DNA of 48,637 nucleotides from Desulfobacteria bacterium (GCA_035528755.1 DATKXZ010000023.1:1-48637); one strand, 5' to 3'; positions 18,416-27,935 are shown, counted from the first letter of the stretch. Notes: a model not told the origin generated them from the letters alone. Numbers and translations: made by a program.

Positions 18416-18808
18416 TCACGCCTCTTCTGCTTCCGCCTTCACCAGAAGCTCCGCAAGCGACTTCTTGCCGTATTCCTTGACGGTTACATTGATCTGCGAG
18501 ATTTCCGTGGAGATTTCGTTACCACGCACGGATTTCCGGCGCCGTTTACCTTGCTCTTTTAGCTGGTACCCTGGGGGATCAGTGATTAATATCCGCTTCC
18601 GCGCCATACCCCCAACGTCTTTACGCATCGGCATACCCTGCTTGTCCGAGCCGCCGGTTATCTCGAGCGCATAGCCGCCCAGACCAAGAATATCCGCATC
18701 CACAACGTTGCCGACCCGTTTCCCGATGAACAGCGCATTCGCTTCTGCATCCTTGCCTTCCACTTTGTACGCCTTACCTGTTTTTGAATCGCTTATCACA
18801 ATCTGCAT
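18416..18808 (-). CDS. rps6e: 30S ribosomal protein S6e.
   Basis: Reads MQIVISDSKTGKAYKVE...GGYALEITGGSDKQGMPMRKDV...RKSVRGNEIS. The 3' 125 nt (18416-18540) form copy B of the direct repeat. Confidence 0.9.
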   Translation of the reverse strand: MQIVISDSKTGKAYKVEGKDAEANALFIGKRVGNVVDADILGLGGYALEITGGSDKQGMPMRKDVGGMARKRILITDPPGYQLKEQGKRRRKSVRGNEISTEISQINVTVKEYGKKSLAELLVKAEAEEA

Positions 18809-18841
18809 TTTGTTTTTGTGCTCCCTTCTCCTTCTATCTTA

Positions 18842-18850
18842 ATTTATAAA
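18842..18850 (-). promoter_or_regulatory. TATA box for rps6e.
   Basis: The minus strand reads GGTTTATAAATT, 34-42 nt upstream of the ATG at 18808. Confidence 0.45.
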
Positions 18851-19141
18851 CCTTCTTCTAATAAGTCTCTTTTTTCGTGCTCTTTATATTTTTTCATGGT
18901 TCACCGAGGACTCGCGGTTAAGAGCACTTTGAAGATTGATAGAGAAATATTCCCCTCATCAAACCTTTATTTGCATTAATGAACTCGTATAGAGAGTCTT
19001 CCGCAATCTCCCTTCTCAAGCACTCTATCCACCCCTCCATCTTGCCGCCTTTCACCGCTCTAATAAAGAATATATGAAAATGAGTTGTTACGTAATCTGG
19101 TTTTTTAAAACTTGGCGATGTAAGATGTATAGGGTTATAAA

Positions 19142-19642
19142 ATGTCAGAAGTAGAGACTTTGGAGGATTTATATAATTGGATAGAGGACGAATACGTCTC
19201 TGATTTTTTAGGTGCTGTTATGAATATACTGCATGACAGACCTAACGTGTGGGTTACAATAAGAGATATAGCTGCGATTTTAAACAAACAATTTGTTGAG
19301 ACCTACGCCAAGCAGATGACTTTGCTACTGTTTCCAATACGCTTCTTACCTGAAATAGAAAGTAAAGAAGACGAGGATGATGCATTATGGAGATTTAAAT
19401 ATAACCCTGATACAGAGAAGGAATTTAAGAAGACAGGTTTTGAGAGGTTATCAGATCGACAGATCTCCAAATGGGATATAATTGAGAAAGCTTACGCTAA
19501 AACTATAGATGATAACATAGGGTATTTCAAAGGCGAAAAACAGGAAAAGAACCTAAAAAGTGGGGATGACCAGTTAGAGGCTGCAAGGAGCCAACTAAGA
19601 AAAGCACAACTGGATGAACGGGAGGTAGGGAGGGATCTTTAA
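19142..19642 (+). CDS. AT-rich orphan protein (acidic, with a coiled-coil C-terminus).
   Basis: 166-aa ORF with no motif I recognise. Confidence 0.45.
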   Translation: MSEVETLEDLYNWIEDEYVSDFLGAVMNILHDRPNVWVTIRDIAAILNKQFVETYAKQMTLLLFPIRFLPEIESKEDEDDALWRFKYNPDTEKEFKKTGFERLSDRQISKWDIIEKAYAKTIDDNIGYFKGEKQEKNLKSGDDQLEAARSQLRKAQLDEREVGRDL

Positions 19643-19668
19643 AAAGTCTTGAGTTTAAAGCAGCTTGT

Positions 19669-20379
19669 CTACAAATCCTCATGGAGAGCAGCCGCAACAG
19701 ATGGAATGATAACTGAAGTTAGTGACTCGATATAACTCCTAGGATCGAATATTTTTTGAGAGGAACACCTAAAGGCTATTCTACTCTCGCGAAGAATATC
19801 GATAAACTCACCCTCGCTCCCTCTTAATCTCTCACCCACTACCGATATTTGATTATAGAGTATTTTTGCACTCCCGGCGCTCGTAAATTCCTCACCAATT
19901 ATTCTACTGTTGGCAAGTTGCAGGAATTTCTTAATGACTATCCGATAATCTGTGGGGATTTTATCCACTTTGACGAATACCTCAAAAGCCTCCTTAAACC
20001 TCTTAAAATATCTCTCCTCTAACTCCTCCAAGATATTCTCTTTTGTCCTATATACACTGTCCCATAGCTCTCGATCTTTAGATTGTTTGGTGCGGACACC
20101 GCAGCCCCACGGTTCTTCTGGGATGTATAACGAGGGATGTCTCGATTTTAATTCTTCATGATACTTGTTCTGAATTTTAACCATTGTATTTTTCACCTTA
20201 TCTAATCCCTCTGGAGATGATGTGCTAAAATAAACGGTGAGAATCTCAAGGGGAGTCGTAAAGGAGTCGCTAAAAAGACCGATGGAATAGCAAGGATGAA
20301 ATCTAAGATATAAAATCGCCAGATAAACAGCCATTGCTTCTTCATCACTCCCCATGAGATCGTCCAGCGAGATATTCAT
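19669..20379 (-). CDS. AT-rich orphan protein.
   Basis: 236-aa ORF, convergent with 19142..19642, with no motif I recognise. Confidence 0.45.
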   Translation of the reverse strand: MNISLDDLMGSDEEAMAVYLAILYLRFHPCYSIGLFSDSFTTPLEILTVYFSTSSPEGLDKVKNTMVKIQNKYHEELKSRHPSLYIPEEPWGCGVRTKQSKDRELWDSVYRTKENILEELEERYFKRFKEAFEVFVKVDKIPTDYRIVIKKFLQLANSRIIGEEFTSAGSAKILYNQISVVGERLRGSEGEFIDILRESRIAFRCSSQKIFDPRSYIESLTSVIIPSVAAALHEDL

Positions 20380-20655
20380 TTCTCATTCTCACCTCCTTCG
20401 TGTTACAATCTCCTTACTTACGTCCTCTTTCTTCTAAATGCAATTTTTTGGTAGTTATAGCCCATAGGTAGACGGAAATTTTCATACCCGTTTCTTCTCA
20501 TTTCTTCTATTATTTCATCGTCGCTCATATTTGGCCATGTCTTTCTTAAATCTTCCAGCAACGGTGCTTTAGGTTTATAGCCATAGTTTCGCGTCACTTT
20601 CTTCGCCCCTTCATGCAGTTTGATACTAATTTAAAATTGAATCTAAGCAAAAACG

Positions 20656-20916
20656 CTATCGCAGCAGCTTCTTTTTCTGCTCATTAAATTCCTCATCTGT
20701 GATAACTCCTTGATCATGTAACTCTGCTAATTTTTTAAGTTCGTCCGCTATTTCCGTCTGCTTCGGTTCTTCCTTTGGCTTCTCCTTCGCTGCTCTAATT
20801 ATAAACCTAATAGCAAGCAGGATCGCTGTTATTACAACAATAATCGCGATAGCAATTGGTACTAGTAGAGTTACTAGAATTCCTGTTTCTGTTGGTCCAA
20901 TCAAATCCACAATCAC
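20656..20916 (-). CDS. Small membrane protein with a C-terminal SHOCT domain.
   Basis: N-terminal TM segment (ILVTLLVPIAIAIIVVITAILLAI) plus ELKKLAELHDQGVITDEEFNEQKKKLL. Confidence 0.7.
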   Translation of the reverse strand: MIVDLIGPTETGILVTLLVPIAIAIIVVITAILLAIRFIIRAAKEKPKEEPKQTEIADELKKLAELHDQGVITDEEFNEQKKKLLR

Positions 20917-21000
20917 CCCCTGTGTTTTACACCATACCTTTCTATCTCACGGACCCATATAAAACTTTCGATGTATATATCCAAAACGTCGACATGCCAC

Positions 21001-22779
21001 TCACTCCTCCCTGATTTGCCTTTTACGTTTAATCTCCAACAATTCCTCCAGCACTTCCTCTTCATCTGGCGAGAGCACCCCACCATGCTTTTTCAGTTCC
21101 GCTATTTCCTCTTCGTTGAGGTTCGTGTACAAGACGTCATTTTCATTGATGTGCCGCCCGACCGTCGGTTTCCGCAGCGCGATTGCCACCTGCATGCCCT
21201 GCTCTGCACGCGATATATTCTCGCCTTTATCCTGTATCTCGTTGATCGAGCCGACATTCGCCCCGTCCGGTTTGATCAATTCCACACCCGTCCTTATCTT
21301 TCCCGCCAGGACTTCGACACCAACAATCGCCGGCTTGCTCAGTCTGAACAAGCAGCCGGGTAGTATCTTGATCTTCGCCGGCGTACTCACCCGTTCCAGA
21401 AGCTCTTTCTTCTCTTTTTCCTTCTCGGTCTTCACCCAGTCTCCGTAATCCTCGATCAACCGATAAATAACGTCACTCGTAAACACCGGAAGTTCTGCCT
21501 GTGCCGCCGCTTCTCTTGCATCCGGAAGAAAGCCAACGTTAAACCCGAAGATAACCCGTAAATAACGATCTGTAACCGTAGTAGCTTCCATCACGTCGCG
21601 TTTGGAGATGTTCCCGACGTCTGCGCGTTTGATCTCCTCGATACCCTGCTCCCTGAGCTCCTGGGCGAGCGCCTCGAGCGAGCCCATGGTATCTGCTCTT
21701 ATAATGATCCCTTCTGGAACTGTCTCCATCTTCAACTCTTCGATATCGCTCTTCACTTCGTCCATTACGCTTTCAAGCGCCGCTTCGTCCTTTACAACGC
21801 GCACCTGCGATCCGGGCAGCGCTGATTCCAGATTTGGCGCCACTATTTTCAGACCGGCAGCGGCATTCACCGTCTTTACTCGTTCGAATCGCTGCTCCAC
21901 ACGTATCTCCTGCAACGCACGTGGCTTTAACAACGCCTTCACCTTCGTTACGATCGGTTCCTCTTCCGTACTGCCCACGACAATCGTATCGCCCACGTTG
22001 AGCTTGCCATCGTATAAGATCGCGTCGATCGTGGTCCCGAGCCCTTTCTCCTCCTTCTTCTCCAGGATCGTGCCGACGCCCGCTTCCTCCAAATGCAGTT
22101 GCAAGGTTCGCTCGAAGTACCGCTGCGATAGCCCGATCAGCACGAGCAGCAAATCCGCAATGCCCTCGCCGGTCTTCGCGCTCACCGGTACGATAGCCAC
22201 GTTCTTCGAAAAATCCTTTATCCGGTCGTACCGCTCCGCCGAGAAGCCTTTATCGTAAAGATCGCCCACGACGCTGTATAGCCGCATATCCACCTCCTTC
22301 TGCGCGTATTCCGGCTGTTCGGTATAATTAATAAGGAACGGCTTCTTCTTCGAGTTCCACCCTTTTATACGATCGATTTTGTTCAATACAACGACAAACG
22401 GCGTTTTTAATAACCGTAACACGCTCAACGATTCGTACGTCTGCGGCTGAAAGCCCTCCATCACGTCAACCACGATAACCGCAACGTCAGCTAACGCACT
22501 GCCGCGTTTCCGCAAAGACGCAAAGGCATGATGTCCCGGGGTGTCAATAATAAGCAACCCTGGAATGTCTATGTCCGTCCAGTCGCGCTTCAACGGCTCG
22601 CAAATCTGCTTTATCGTGGTAATCGGAATTTCGGTTGCACCGATGTGCTGAGTAACGCGACCTGCTTCCTTCTCCGCCACCGCCGTGCCCCGTAGTGAAT
22701 CGAGCAACGTAGTCTTACCATGATCTATGTGCCCCACCACGGCGAGTATCGGAGTCCTGATGTCGCGCTTCTCGCCCAT
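21001..22779 (-). CDS. infB: Translation initiation factor aIF5B (IF-2).
   Basis: Reads RTPILAVVGHIDHGKTTLLD...DTPGH..F...NKID. 592 aa, no intein. Confidence 0.92.
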   Translation of the reverse strand: MGEKRDIRTPILAVVGHIDHGKTTLLDSLRGTAVAEKEAGRVTQHIGATEIPITTIKQICEPLKRDWTDIDIPGLLIIDTPGHHAFASLRKRGSALADVAVIVVDVMEGFQPQTYESLSVLRLLKTPFVVVLNKIDRIKGWNSKKKPFLINYTEQPEYAQKEVDMRLYSVVGDLYDKGFSAERYDRIKDFSKNVAIVPVSAKTGEGIADLLLVLIGLSQRYFERTLQLHLEEAGVGTILEKKEEKGLGTTIDAILYDGKLNVGDTIVVGSTEEEPIVTKVKALLKPRALQEIRVEQRFERVKTVNAAAGLKIVAPNLESALPGSQVRVVKDEAALESVMDEVKSDIEELKMETVPEGIIIRADTMGSLEALAQELREQGIEEIKRADVGNISKRDVMEATTVTDRYLRVIFGFNVGFLPDAREAAAQAELPVFTSDVIYRLIEDYGDWVKTEKEKEKKELLERVSTPAKIKILPGCLFRLSKPAIVGVEVLAGKIRTGVELIKPDGANVGSINEIQDKGENISRAEQGMQVAIALRKPTVGRHINENDVLYTNLNEEEIAELKKHGGVLSPDEEEVLEELLEIKRKRQIREE

Positions 22780-22821
22780 GCCTTTCGTTCGCCCCCTTCT
22801 TTTATACTATCTATCAAGTAA

Positions 22822-24081
22822 TCAGCCACTTTTACTTCTGCTTTTACTCCGCCAAGAGAAACTCTTCTTCTGCTTCCAGCCGCCCTCTTCTTGCTCTTGT
22901 CCTTGTCCTTGCCCCTGTTCCTCTTTATCAAATTCAGAGAGCAATTCTTTCTGCTTCTTGCTCAATTTTGTCGGCGTTACTACCTTCAACCGCACCACCA
23001 GGTTCCCTCTACCATAGCCCCTCAAATCAGGCATTCCCTTGTTCTTCAGCCGGAAGTTCGTGCCTGATTGCGTGCCCGCGGGAATTTTTATTCGCGCAGA
23101 GCCACCATCGATCGTGCTTATCTCGATCTCATCGCCAAATGCCGCTTGAGCAAAGCGAACCGGAACTTCACAGAACAGATCAGCCCCCGCACGTTTGAAA
23201 AATTCGTGCTCCTTTACATGCATTATCACGTACAAATCGCCCGGTGGTCCGCCTCGTTCCCCTGCACCACCTTCACCTGCAACCCGCAATCGACTCCCGG
23301 TATCCACACCCGGTGGGATCTTCACTGATAGTTGCTTCGTTACGCTAACCTTACCGGTGCCATTACAATTCTCGCATGGCTTCGTTATCACCCGGCCACG
23401 ACCGTCACAGCTAGGGCAGGCAGAGATGGAAATGAACTGGGCGAAGCCTTGCCTCTGCGCTCTTTGCACCTGCCCGGACCCGCCACACGCGGTACATGTC
23501 TCCAAGCCACCCGAAATCGCTCCCGTACCATTACAGGAGGTGCAAGCCTCTTTCTTCGTGATGGTTATCTCTTTCTCCATGCCCCTCGCTGCTTCTTCCA
23601 TGTCTATCTCAAGGTCATACCGAATGTCGCTTCCCCTCTCCGGTCTGTATCGATCATTCGCCCTTGTATAGCCACGGCCTCCACCGCCAAAGAACACGTC
23701 GAATGGAGAAGAACCTACACCAGCTTGAGTGGCTCTACTGCCACCGAATCCGAAATTACCGCCAAACAGATCCCTAATCAGATCACCAAAGATATCCTCT
23801 ACGTCGCTGCTTCGTGTGAAATTAGACCAATCAAATCCGCCAGGACCGAAATCAACACCCGCGTGCCCGAATCGATCGTAATTCGCACGCTTCTGCGGAT
23901 CTGATAGCACTTCATAAGCTTCAGAAAGCTCTTTAAACTTCTCCTCTGCCTCTTTCTGGTTATCCTTATTCAAATCGGGATGATGCTTCTTAGCTAATCT
24001 ACGATACGCATGTCTAATATCATCCTTCGATGCTTCTCTCTCCACACTTAAAACAGTGTAGTAATCTCTCTTCTCTGCCAA
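22822..24081 (-). CDS. dnaJ: Chaperone DnaJ (J domain, G/F region, 4x CxxCxGxG zinc-finger domain) with an unusual GQ/KS-rich C-terminal tail.
   Basis: Reads [10 protein letters not shown]...[39 protein letters not shown]. The tail is [33 protein letters not shown]. The start is TTG at 24081. Confidence 0.9.
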   Translation of the reverse strand: MAEKRDYYTVLSVEREASKDDIRHAYRRLAKKHHPDLNKDNQKEAEEKFKELSEAYEVLSDPQKRANYDRFGHAGVDFGPGGFDWSNFTRSSDVEDIFGDLIRDLFGGNFGFGGSRATQAGVGSSPFDVFFGGGGRGYTRANDRYRPERGSDIRYDLEIDMEEAARGMEKEITITKKEACTSCNGTGAISGGLETCTACGGSGQVQRAQRQGFAQFISISACPSCDGRGRVITKPCENCNGTGKVSVTKQLSVKIPPGVDTGSRLRVAGEGGAGERGGPPGDLYVIMHVKEHEFFKRAGADLFCEVPVRFAQAAFGDEIEISTIDGGSARIKIPAGTQSGTNFRLKNKGMPDLRGYGRGNLVVRLKVVTPTKLSKKQKELLSEFDKEEQGQGQGQEQEEGGWKQKKSFSWRSKSRSKSG

Positions 24082-24226
24082 TTTCAGCTACGCCTCGCTA
24101 TCTAAATTCTATCTATTATGGTATGGTATAAAGTTTTTAACCGCCGCACGAGGTTCACTTAATAATTCGTTCGCTCCACCGGAAATACCGGCAAACACCC
24201 CATGTATTTATATATAACCTCCAATA

Positions 24227-24700
24227 ATGTTTCACTTATTCATTGAAAGGGGAGAAGGCGTGAAGGAAGAGGTAAAGGTGCGGGTGGAAGTAACGATCGG
24301 GGGGAGAGAGATAACCCTGCTGGAGAAAGTAGCTTACTCCGTAGCCGAAGCACTTGGCCCTCGTGCGATAAAAGAGGTCGAAAATTTCTTAGTGAATCAA
24401 CGTTTATCGCTCTCCACCAATTATCCCTACGATCTGGAAAGCGAAGATCTCACCATAAAGGAGCGGTTAGTCGGATTTTTACGCTTTGATGAACGTGCAC
24501 CTAAGGGGTGGTTCACTTCTTCACAGGTACGAAAAACATACGAAGAGGTATTCGATGAGAATGTGCGACTGAGCACCATCTCCACTTATCTGGCAAGCAT
24601 GCATTCTGACGGCACATTAGAGCGAAAAGGGAGCAGAGCGAAGAGAAGCTACCTATTGCATGCTGCAGATCACGCAAAAGCAGCAAGCGCAGTAGTATAA
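24227..24700 (+). CDS. Hypothetical protein with a C-terminal winged-helix-like segment.
   Basis: 157 aa. RLSTISTYLASMHSDGTLERKGSRAKRSYLL resembles a wHTH recognition helix plus wing. Confidence 0.5.
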   Translation: MFHLFIERGEGVKEEVKVRVEVTIGGREITLLEKVAYSVAEALGPRAIKEVENFLVNQRLSLSTNYPYDLESEDLTIKERLVGFLRFDERAPKGWFTSSQVRKTYEEVFDENVRLSTISTYLASMHSDGTLERKGSRAKRSYLLHAADHAKAASAVV

Positions 24701-24745
24701 GTACGTATCCAGCTGTGTATGTATCTATCGCGTCAGAAATCCCCT

Positions 24746-25327
24746 TCAAACTTGCGGATCTAAAATCCGTCTTATCTCTTTTTTAAACGAATCCAAAGAG
24801 CCCTCGTTCTTTACCACCTTATCTGCTTTTTCCATCGCTTCGCCCATTCCCCACCCCTTCTCTCGTTCCTCTCGCTCTTTGAATTCTTCGAGTGTTAGCG
24901 CGTCATCAGCCCGGCCACGTGCTTTTATCCGTTCGTAGCGGCGAATAAGCGGTGTATCAACCCTAACAAGCGTGAAATCGGGGCCGAACTCCTTCTTGAA
25001 GCGTTCTACCTCTGCCGTGCCTCTTATCCCGTCGATTACGACAACGGTCTTTTTCGCTTCGCCCCCCACGCTACCCAGTACGGCTCTTATACGTGGGATG
25101 CACCGCTTGGCGATTGCATCTAGTCCTTCCCGCTCACGTAGCTCGGTTGCAATTCTGCCCGCAGTTTCGTCACTTAACGGCAGACCTTGCCTCTTTAGCT
25201 CTCCTCGTATCACGTCTCCCATCGTGATGATCGGGAGGTCCATATCCTTTGCTACTGTTGCTGCAATGGTTTTACCCGCTGCGGGCGCGCCGACAAATGC
25301 TAATACCTGTATCTCTCGCGCAGCCAC
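24746..25327 (-). CDS. P-loop nucleotide kinase-like protein (archaeal UPF0200/adenylate-kinase-like family).
   Basis: Contains FVGAPAAGKT and VVIDGIRG..EVERFK. GTG start, overlapping the upstream ORF by 28 nt. Confidence 0.65.
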   Translation of the reverse strand: MAAREIQVLAFVGAPAAGKTIAATVAKDMDLPIITMGDVIRGELKRQGLPLSDETAGRIATELREREGLDAIAKRCIPRIRAVLGSVGGEAKKTVVVIDGIRGTAEVERFKKEFGPDFTLVRVDTPLIRRYERIKARGRADDALTLEEFKEREEREKGWGMGEAMEKADKVVKNEGSLDSFKKEIRRILDPQV

Positions 25328-25746
25328 TTCTCCGCAGCACCTCTCGCAAGCCTTCGCTCTATGGAGGCATAGAAGACGTTTACAACACAGAGTAATTCCC
25401 CTTTACCTACTTTACCATCAGATACAGGGTGAAAAATAACCTCTTTAAGAGTCCTCCTTTCCTCAACACTCATGGGCCTCCCCACAAATGCGATCGAAGC
25501 AACTATACCAAGTGCATGTCGCATTATGGGGCAAGGTAGGACTATCGCCTTCCTGGGCACCTCTACTTCTTCTATCTTTATGGTAACGAGTTCACCCTTC
25601 TTCACTTTTATGTCTTCCTTTGCAATGAGCATCTCCCATTCGCCATGCGGGCCGACCGTGAAGCCGTAGCTGAACGCCTCTGTTACCTGCCGCTCTATTT
25701 CGCCGCCGATTTTGTCCTTCCAGTAAACGTGTTCTATTCTTGCCAT
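25300..25746 (-). CDS. Conserved-looking hypothetical protein.
   Basis: 148-aa ORF in an operon-like arrangement between the radical SAM and kinase-like genes. Confidence 0.5.
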   Translation of the reverse strand: MARIEHVYWKDKIGGEIERQVTEAFSYGFTVGPHGEWEMLIAKEDIKVKKGELVTIKIEEVEVPRKAIVLPCPIMRHALGIVASIAFVGRPMSVEERRTLKEVIFHPVSDGKVGKGELLCVVNVFYASIERRLARGAAEKWLRERYRY

Positions 25747-25774
25747 GTTCTTGAATTATACCATAAACTCTTAT

Positions 25775-26122
25775 TTAAGTTTTCTTCTTTATACGTTCTA
25801 ACTGCTCGTCCCAATACTCGTCCATCGCTTTTGATTCTTCGGAATCCTCGAATACAAGCTCGGTTTCTTCCGCTTTCGAGATAACACCGATGTAATGCCA
25901 CATAATACTCTGCCATTCGTTCTCGGTCAGCCCCCGACCAATCGCCTCTTCGATAACTTCACGCCTCAGCACAAGTCTCTCTTCGCCCCGTATCCGGATC
26001 AGCATACCGAAGCAGACGAAAGTCGCATTGCTATCCTCGTTATCTTTACACAATGCTCTTGCGGCAAGCACGTTTGGCGGGATCGCATCAAGAAAAACGC
26101 TTACCATCTTTAGTTCCTCCAT
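25775..26122 (-). CDS. Hypothetical small acidic protein.
   Basis: 115-aa ORF. It overlaps the 3' end of the radical SAM gene by 35 nt; an internal ATG at 26107 reduces the overlap. Confidence 0.4.
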   Translation of the reverse strand: MEELKMVSVFLDAIPPNVLAARALCKDNEDSNATFVCFGMLIRIRGEERLVLRREVIEEAIGRGLTENEWQSIMWHYIGVISKAEETELVFEDSEESKAMDEYWDEQLERIKKKT

Positions 26123-26867
26123 AAATCACTTCTTCACCAGCTTCTCTGGTTCTAATTCTCACTTCTTTCAGGTGCGCGGTTTGATAAGCACCGAAAGCGA
26201 GTCCTTTCAGCTCCTCGTGGCTAAACGCGTCAGCTCCTCTTATCACTCCTTCTGGAACGAGTTCCGGTCGTCCCTGTTGTATGACAAATGGGCTGTCTGC
26301 GGCACCCGCCTCTTCGAATTCCACTGCGATCCGTTTCACTTCCTCCAAGCCAACGAAATTTTTGAAGACCGTTGTTACTATTTCGAGATCAATATCCGAA
26401 CGAATGCAAACCTCAAGTGTGCTTTTCACTCGCTCTGCCACACCCGAAGCTCTTGCTATGCCCTCATAAAGCTTCTCATCTGCCAGTGGCGCCTTAATGT
26501 CAAGGAAGATCTTATCGATGAGGTTTTTCTTGAGCATTGATTCGACAACTGAGGGATAAAACCCGCAGGTCTGCGCCGCAACGAGCAGCGCGTGCTTCTT
26601 GGCAAATCGCGCAATGGCTTCTACTGCGTGTGGTTGCATGAACGGTTCGCCGCCCGAGAGCACTACCGCGTCGATAAAATCTTTGCTCTTGGTTATCTCC
26701 GCCTCTATCTCTTCCGCGTCAACAGAGTTTGCCTCTTCCAGGAGTTGAGAATTCTGGCAATAAATGCAGCGGAGCGGGCAGCCACTGAGAAATATCACCA
26801 TCGCGGCTTTTCCGCGCCAGTCAATGGTAGAGAAGGAGACGATCCCGCCAAGGTTTACGGTTGCCAT
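26088..26867 (-). CDS. Radical SAM activating enzyme (NrdG/PflA-like activase family).
   Basis: Reads GGIVSFSTIDWRGKAAMVIFLSGCPLRCIYCQN (CxxxCxxC) ...VVLSGGEP. Confidence 0.8.
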   Translation of the reverse strand: MATVNLGGIVSFSTIDWRGKAAMVIFLSGCPLRCIYCQNSQLLEEANSVDAEEIEAEITKSKDFIDAVVLSGGEPFMQPHAVEAIARFAKKHALLVAAQTCGFYPSVVESMLKKNLIDKIFLDIKAPLADEKLYEGIARASGVAERVKSTLEVCIRSDIDLEIVTTVFKNFVGLEEVKRIAVEFEEAGAADSPFVIQQGRPELVPEGVIRGADAFSHEELKGLAFGAYQTAHLKEVRIRTREAGEEVIYGGTKDGKRFS

Positions 26868-26888
26868 ACGTTAGTTAGAGTTAGTTAG

Positions 26889-27935
26889 TCAGAAGTACTC
26901 GCCCACCAACTCGATCGCACGTGCAACGAGTTCCGCGCATTTGTCAAGGTCTTGCAAGCTTAACGACTCCACGGGCGTGTGGATATACCGAGTCGGGATG
27001 CTTATGATGCCGGTTGGTATGCCGCTTTTCGTGAGATGTATTATGCTCGCGTCGGTATTGCCGCCATCCGCCACGCTGAGCTGGTATTCGATGTTGCAAC
27101 GAGCTGCGGTCTCTTTCAGCCAAGTCAGTATCGAAGGCGGCGTTATAATGCCACGACCGGAAGCGTCGGAAACGGTAATTACCGGGCCTTTGCCTACTTC
27201 TACCGGTGCATCCTTCTTCTCCATTCCCGGGTGCCCGCCAGCTACGTCAACGTCGGTCGCAATTGCCACGTCAGGACTGAGCGCATACGCGGTAGTTCGC
27301 GCTCCTTTCAGCCCTACCTCTTCCTGCACTGTTCCTACTGCGTAGACCTCGAATTCCGTTTTTGTCCGTTTCAGTGCCTCTATCATCACGGCAACGCCTG
27401 CACGGTTGTCAAGGGCCTTGCAAGAAGCTCTGTCATTCCCGAGACTTACAAAGTGCCGGTCGATGGTGACCGGCGTTCCGATGGATATCCCCATCTGCTC
27501 CACTTCTTCTCTGCTGCGAGCGCCCACATCGATGAACATGTCTTCCGTTTTGATTACCTTCTCGCGCTCCTCCTTCTTCATTACATGCGGTGGCTTCGAG
27601 CCGATAACGCCGTACAAACCGCCTCCCTCCGCGTGCACGATCACCCGCTGATTGAGCAGCGTTTGAGCGAACCAGCCGCCTATGGTCGAGAACGTAATGA
27701 ACCCCTCGTCATTTATATACTTCACCATAAGTCCGATCTCATCGATATGCGCAGCAATCATAACAGAGGGTTTCTTACCGTGCTTCGTGGCTATCAGATT
27801 CCCTAACCGGTCGATTGTTATTTCGTCCACATACTCTTCTAACTCGGCCTCGATGATCGCCCTTATCTCGCCTTCGTAGCCCGAAAGGCCATGTGCCTCT
27901 GCCAGTTTCTTCAGCAGTTCTTTCAGTTCAGACAT
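26889..27935 (-). CDS. M42-family aminopeptidase (FrvX/'endoglucanase'-like).
   Basis: Reads GLSGYEGE...IAAHIDEIG...LDNRAG...VQEEVGL+GA...AIATDV. The start is moved to the ATG at 27935 because the track start (27977) overlaps the tRNA. Confidence 0.85.
   Translation of the reverse strand: MSELKELLKKLAEAHGLSGYEGEIRAIIEAELEEYVDEITIDRLGNLIATKHGKKPSVMIAAHIDEIGLMVKYINDEGFITFSTIGGWFAQTLLNQRVIVHAEGGGLYGVIGSKPPHVMKKEEREKVIKTEDMFIDVGARSREEVEQMGISIGTPVTIDRHFVSLGNDRASCKALDNRAGVAVMIEALKRTKTEFEVYAVGTVQEEVGLKGARTTAYALSPDVAIATDVDVAGGHPGMEKKDAPVEVGKGPVITVSDASGRGIITPPSILTWLKETAARCNIEYQLSVADGGNTDASIIHLTKSGIPTGIISIPTRYIHTPVESLSLQDLDKCAELVARAIELVGEYF

Larger units (their letters stand above)
17452..18540. mobile_element. 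Putative remnant of a site-specific integration at the rps6e 3' end. The cargo is vapBC only.
   Basis: 125-bp direct repeats bracket 839 bp that carry their own TATA-like box (agttatttatatgcc, 17624-17638) and a vapBC pair. No integrase is present. Confidence 0.45.

Noticed and set aside
18290-18674. Plus-strand ORFs 18290..18562 and 18360..18674.
   Set aside because: They are antisense to the well-supported rps6e gene.
18900-19080. Short minus-strand reading frame (...AVKGGKMEGWIECLRREIAEDSLYEFINANKG...) upstream of rps6e that might be a gene remnant.
   Set aside because: It is only about 40 codons from an ATG and has no recognisable family motif. The evidence is insufficient.
24205-24216. 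tatttatatata as the promoter of the 24227 ORF.
   Set aside because: It lies only 11-22 nt upstream of the annotated ATG, too close for a standard TATA-to-TSS spacing. The true start codon may lie downstream (GTG at 24260), so I did not call it.
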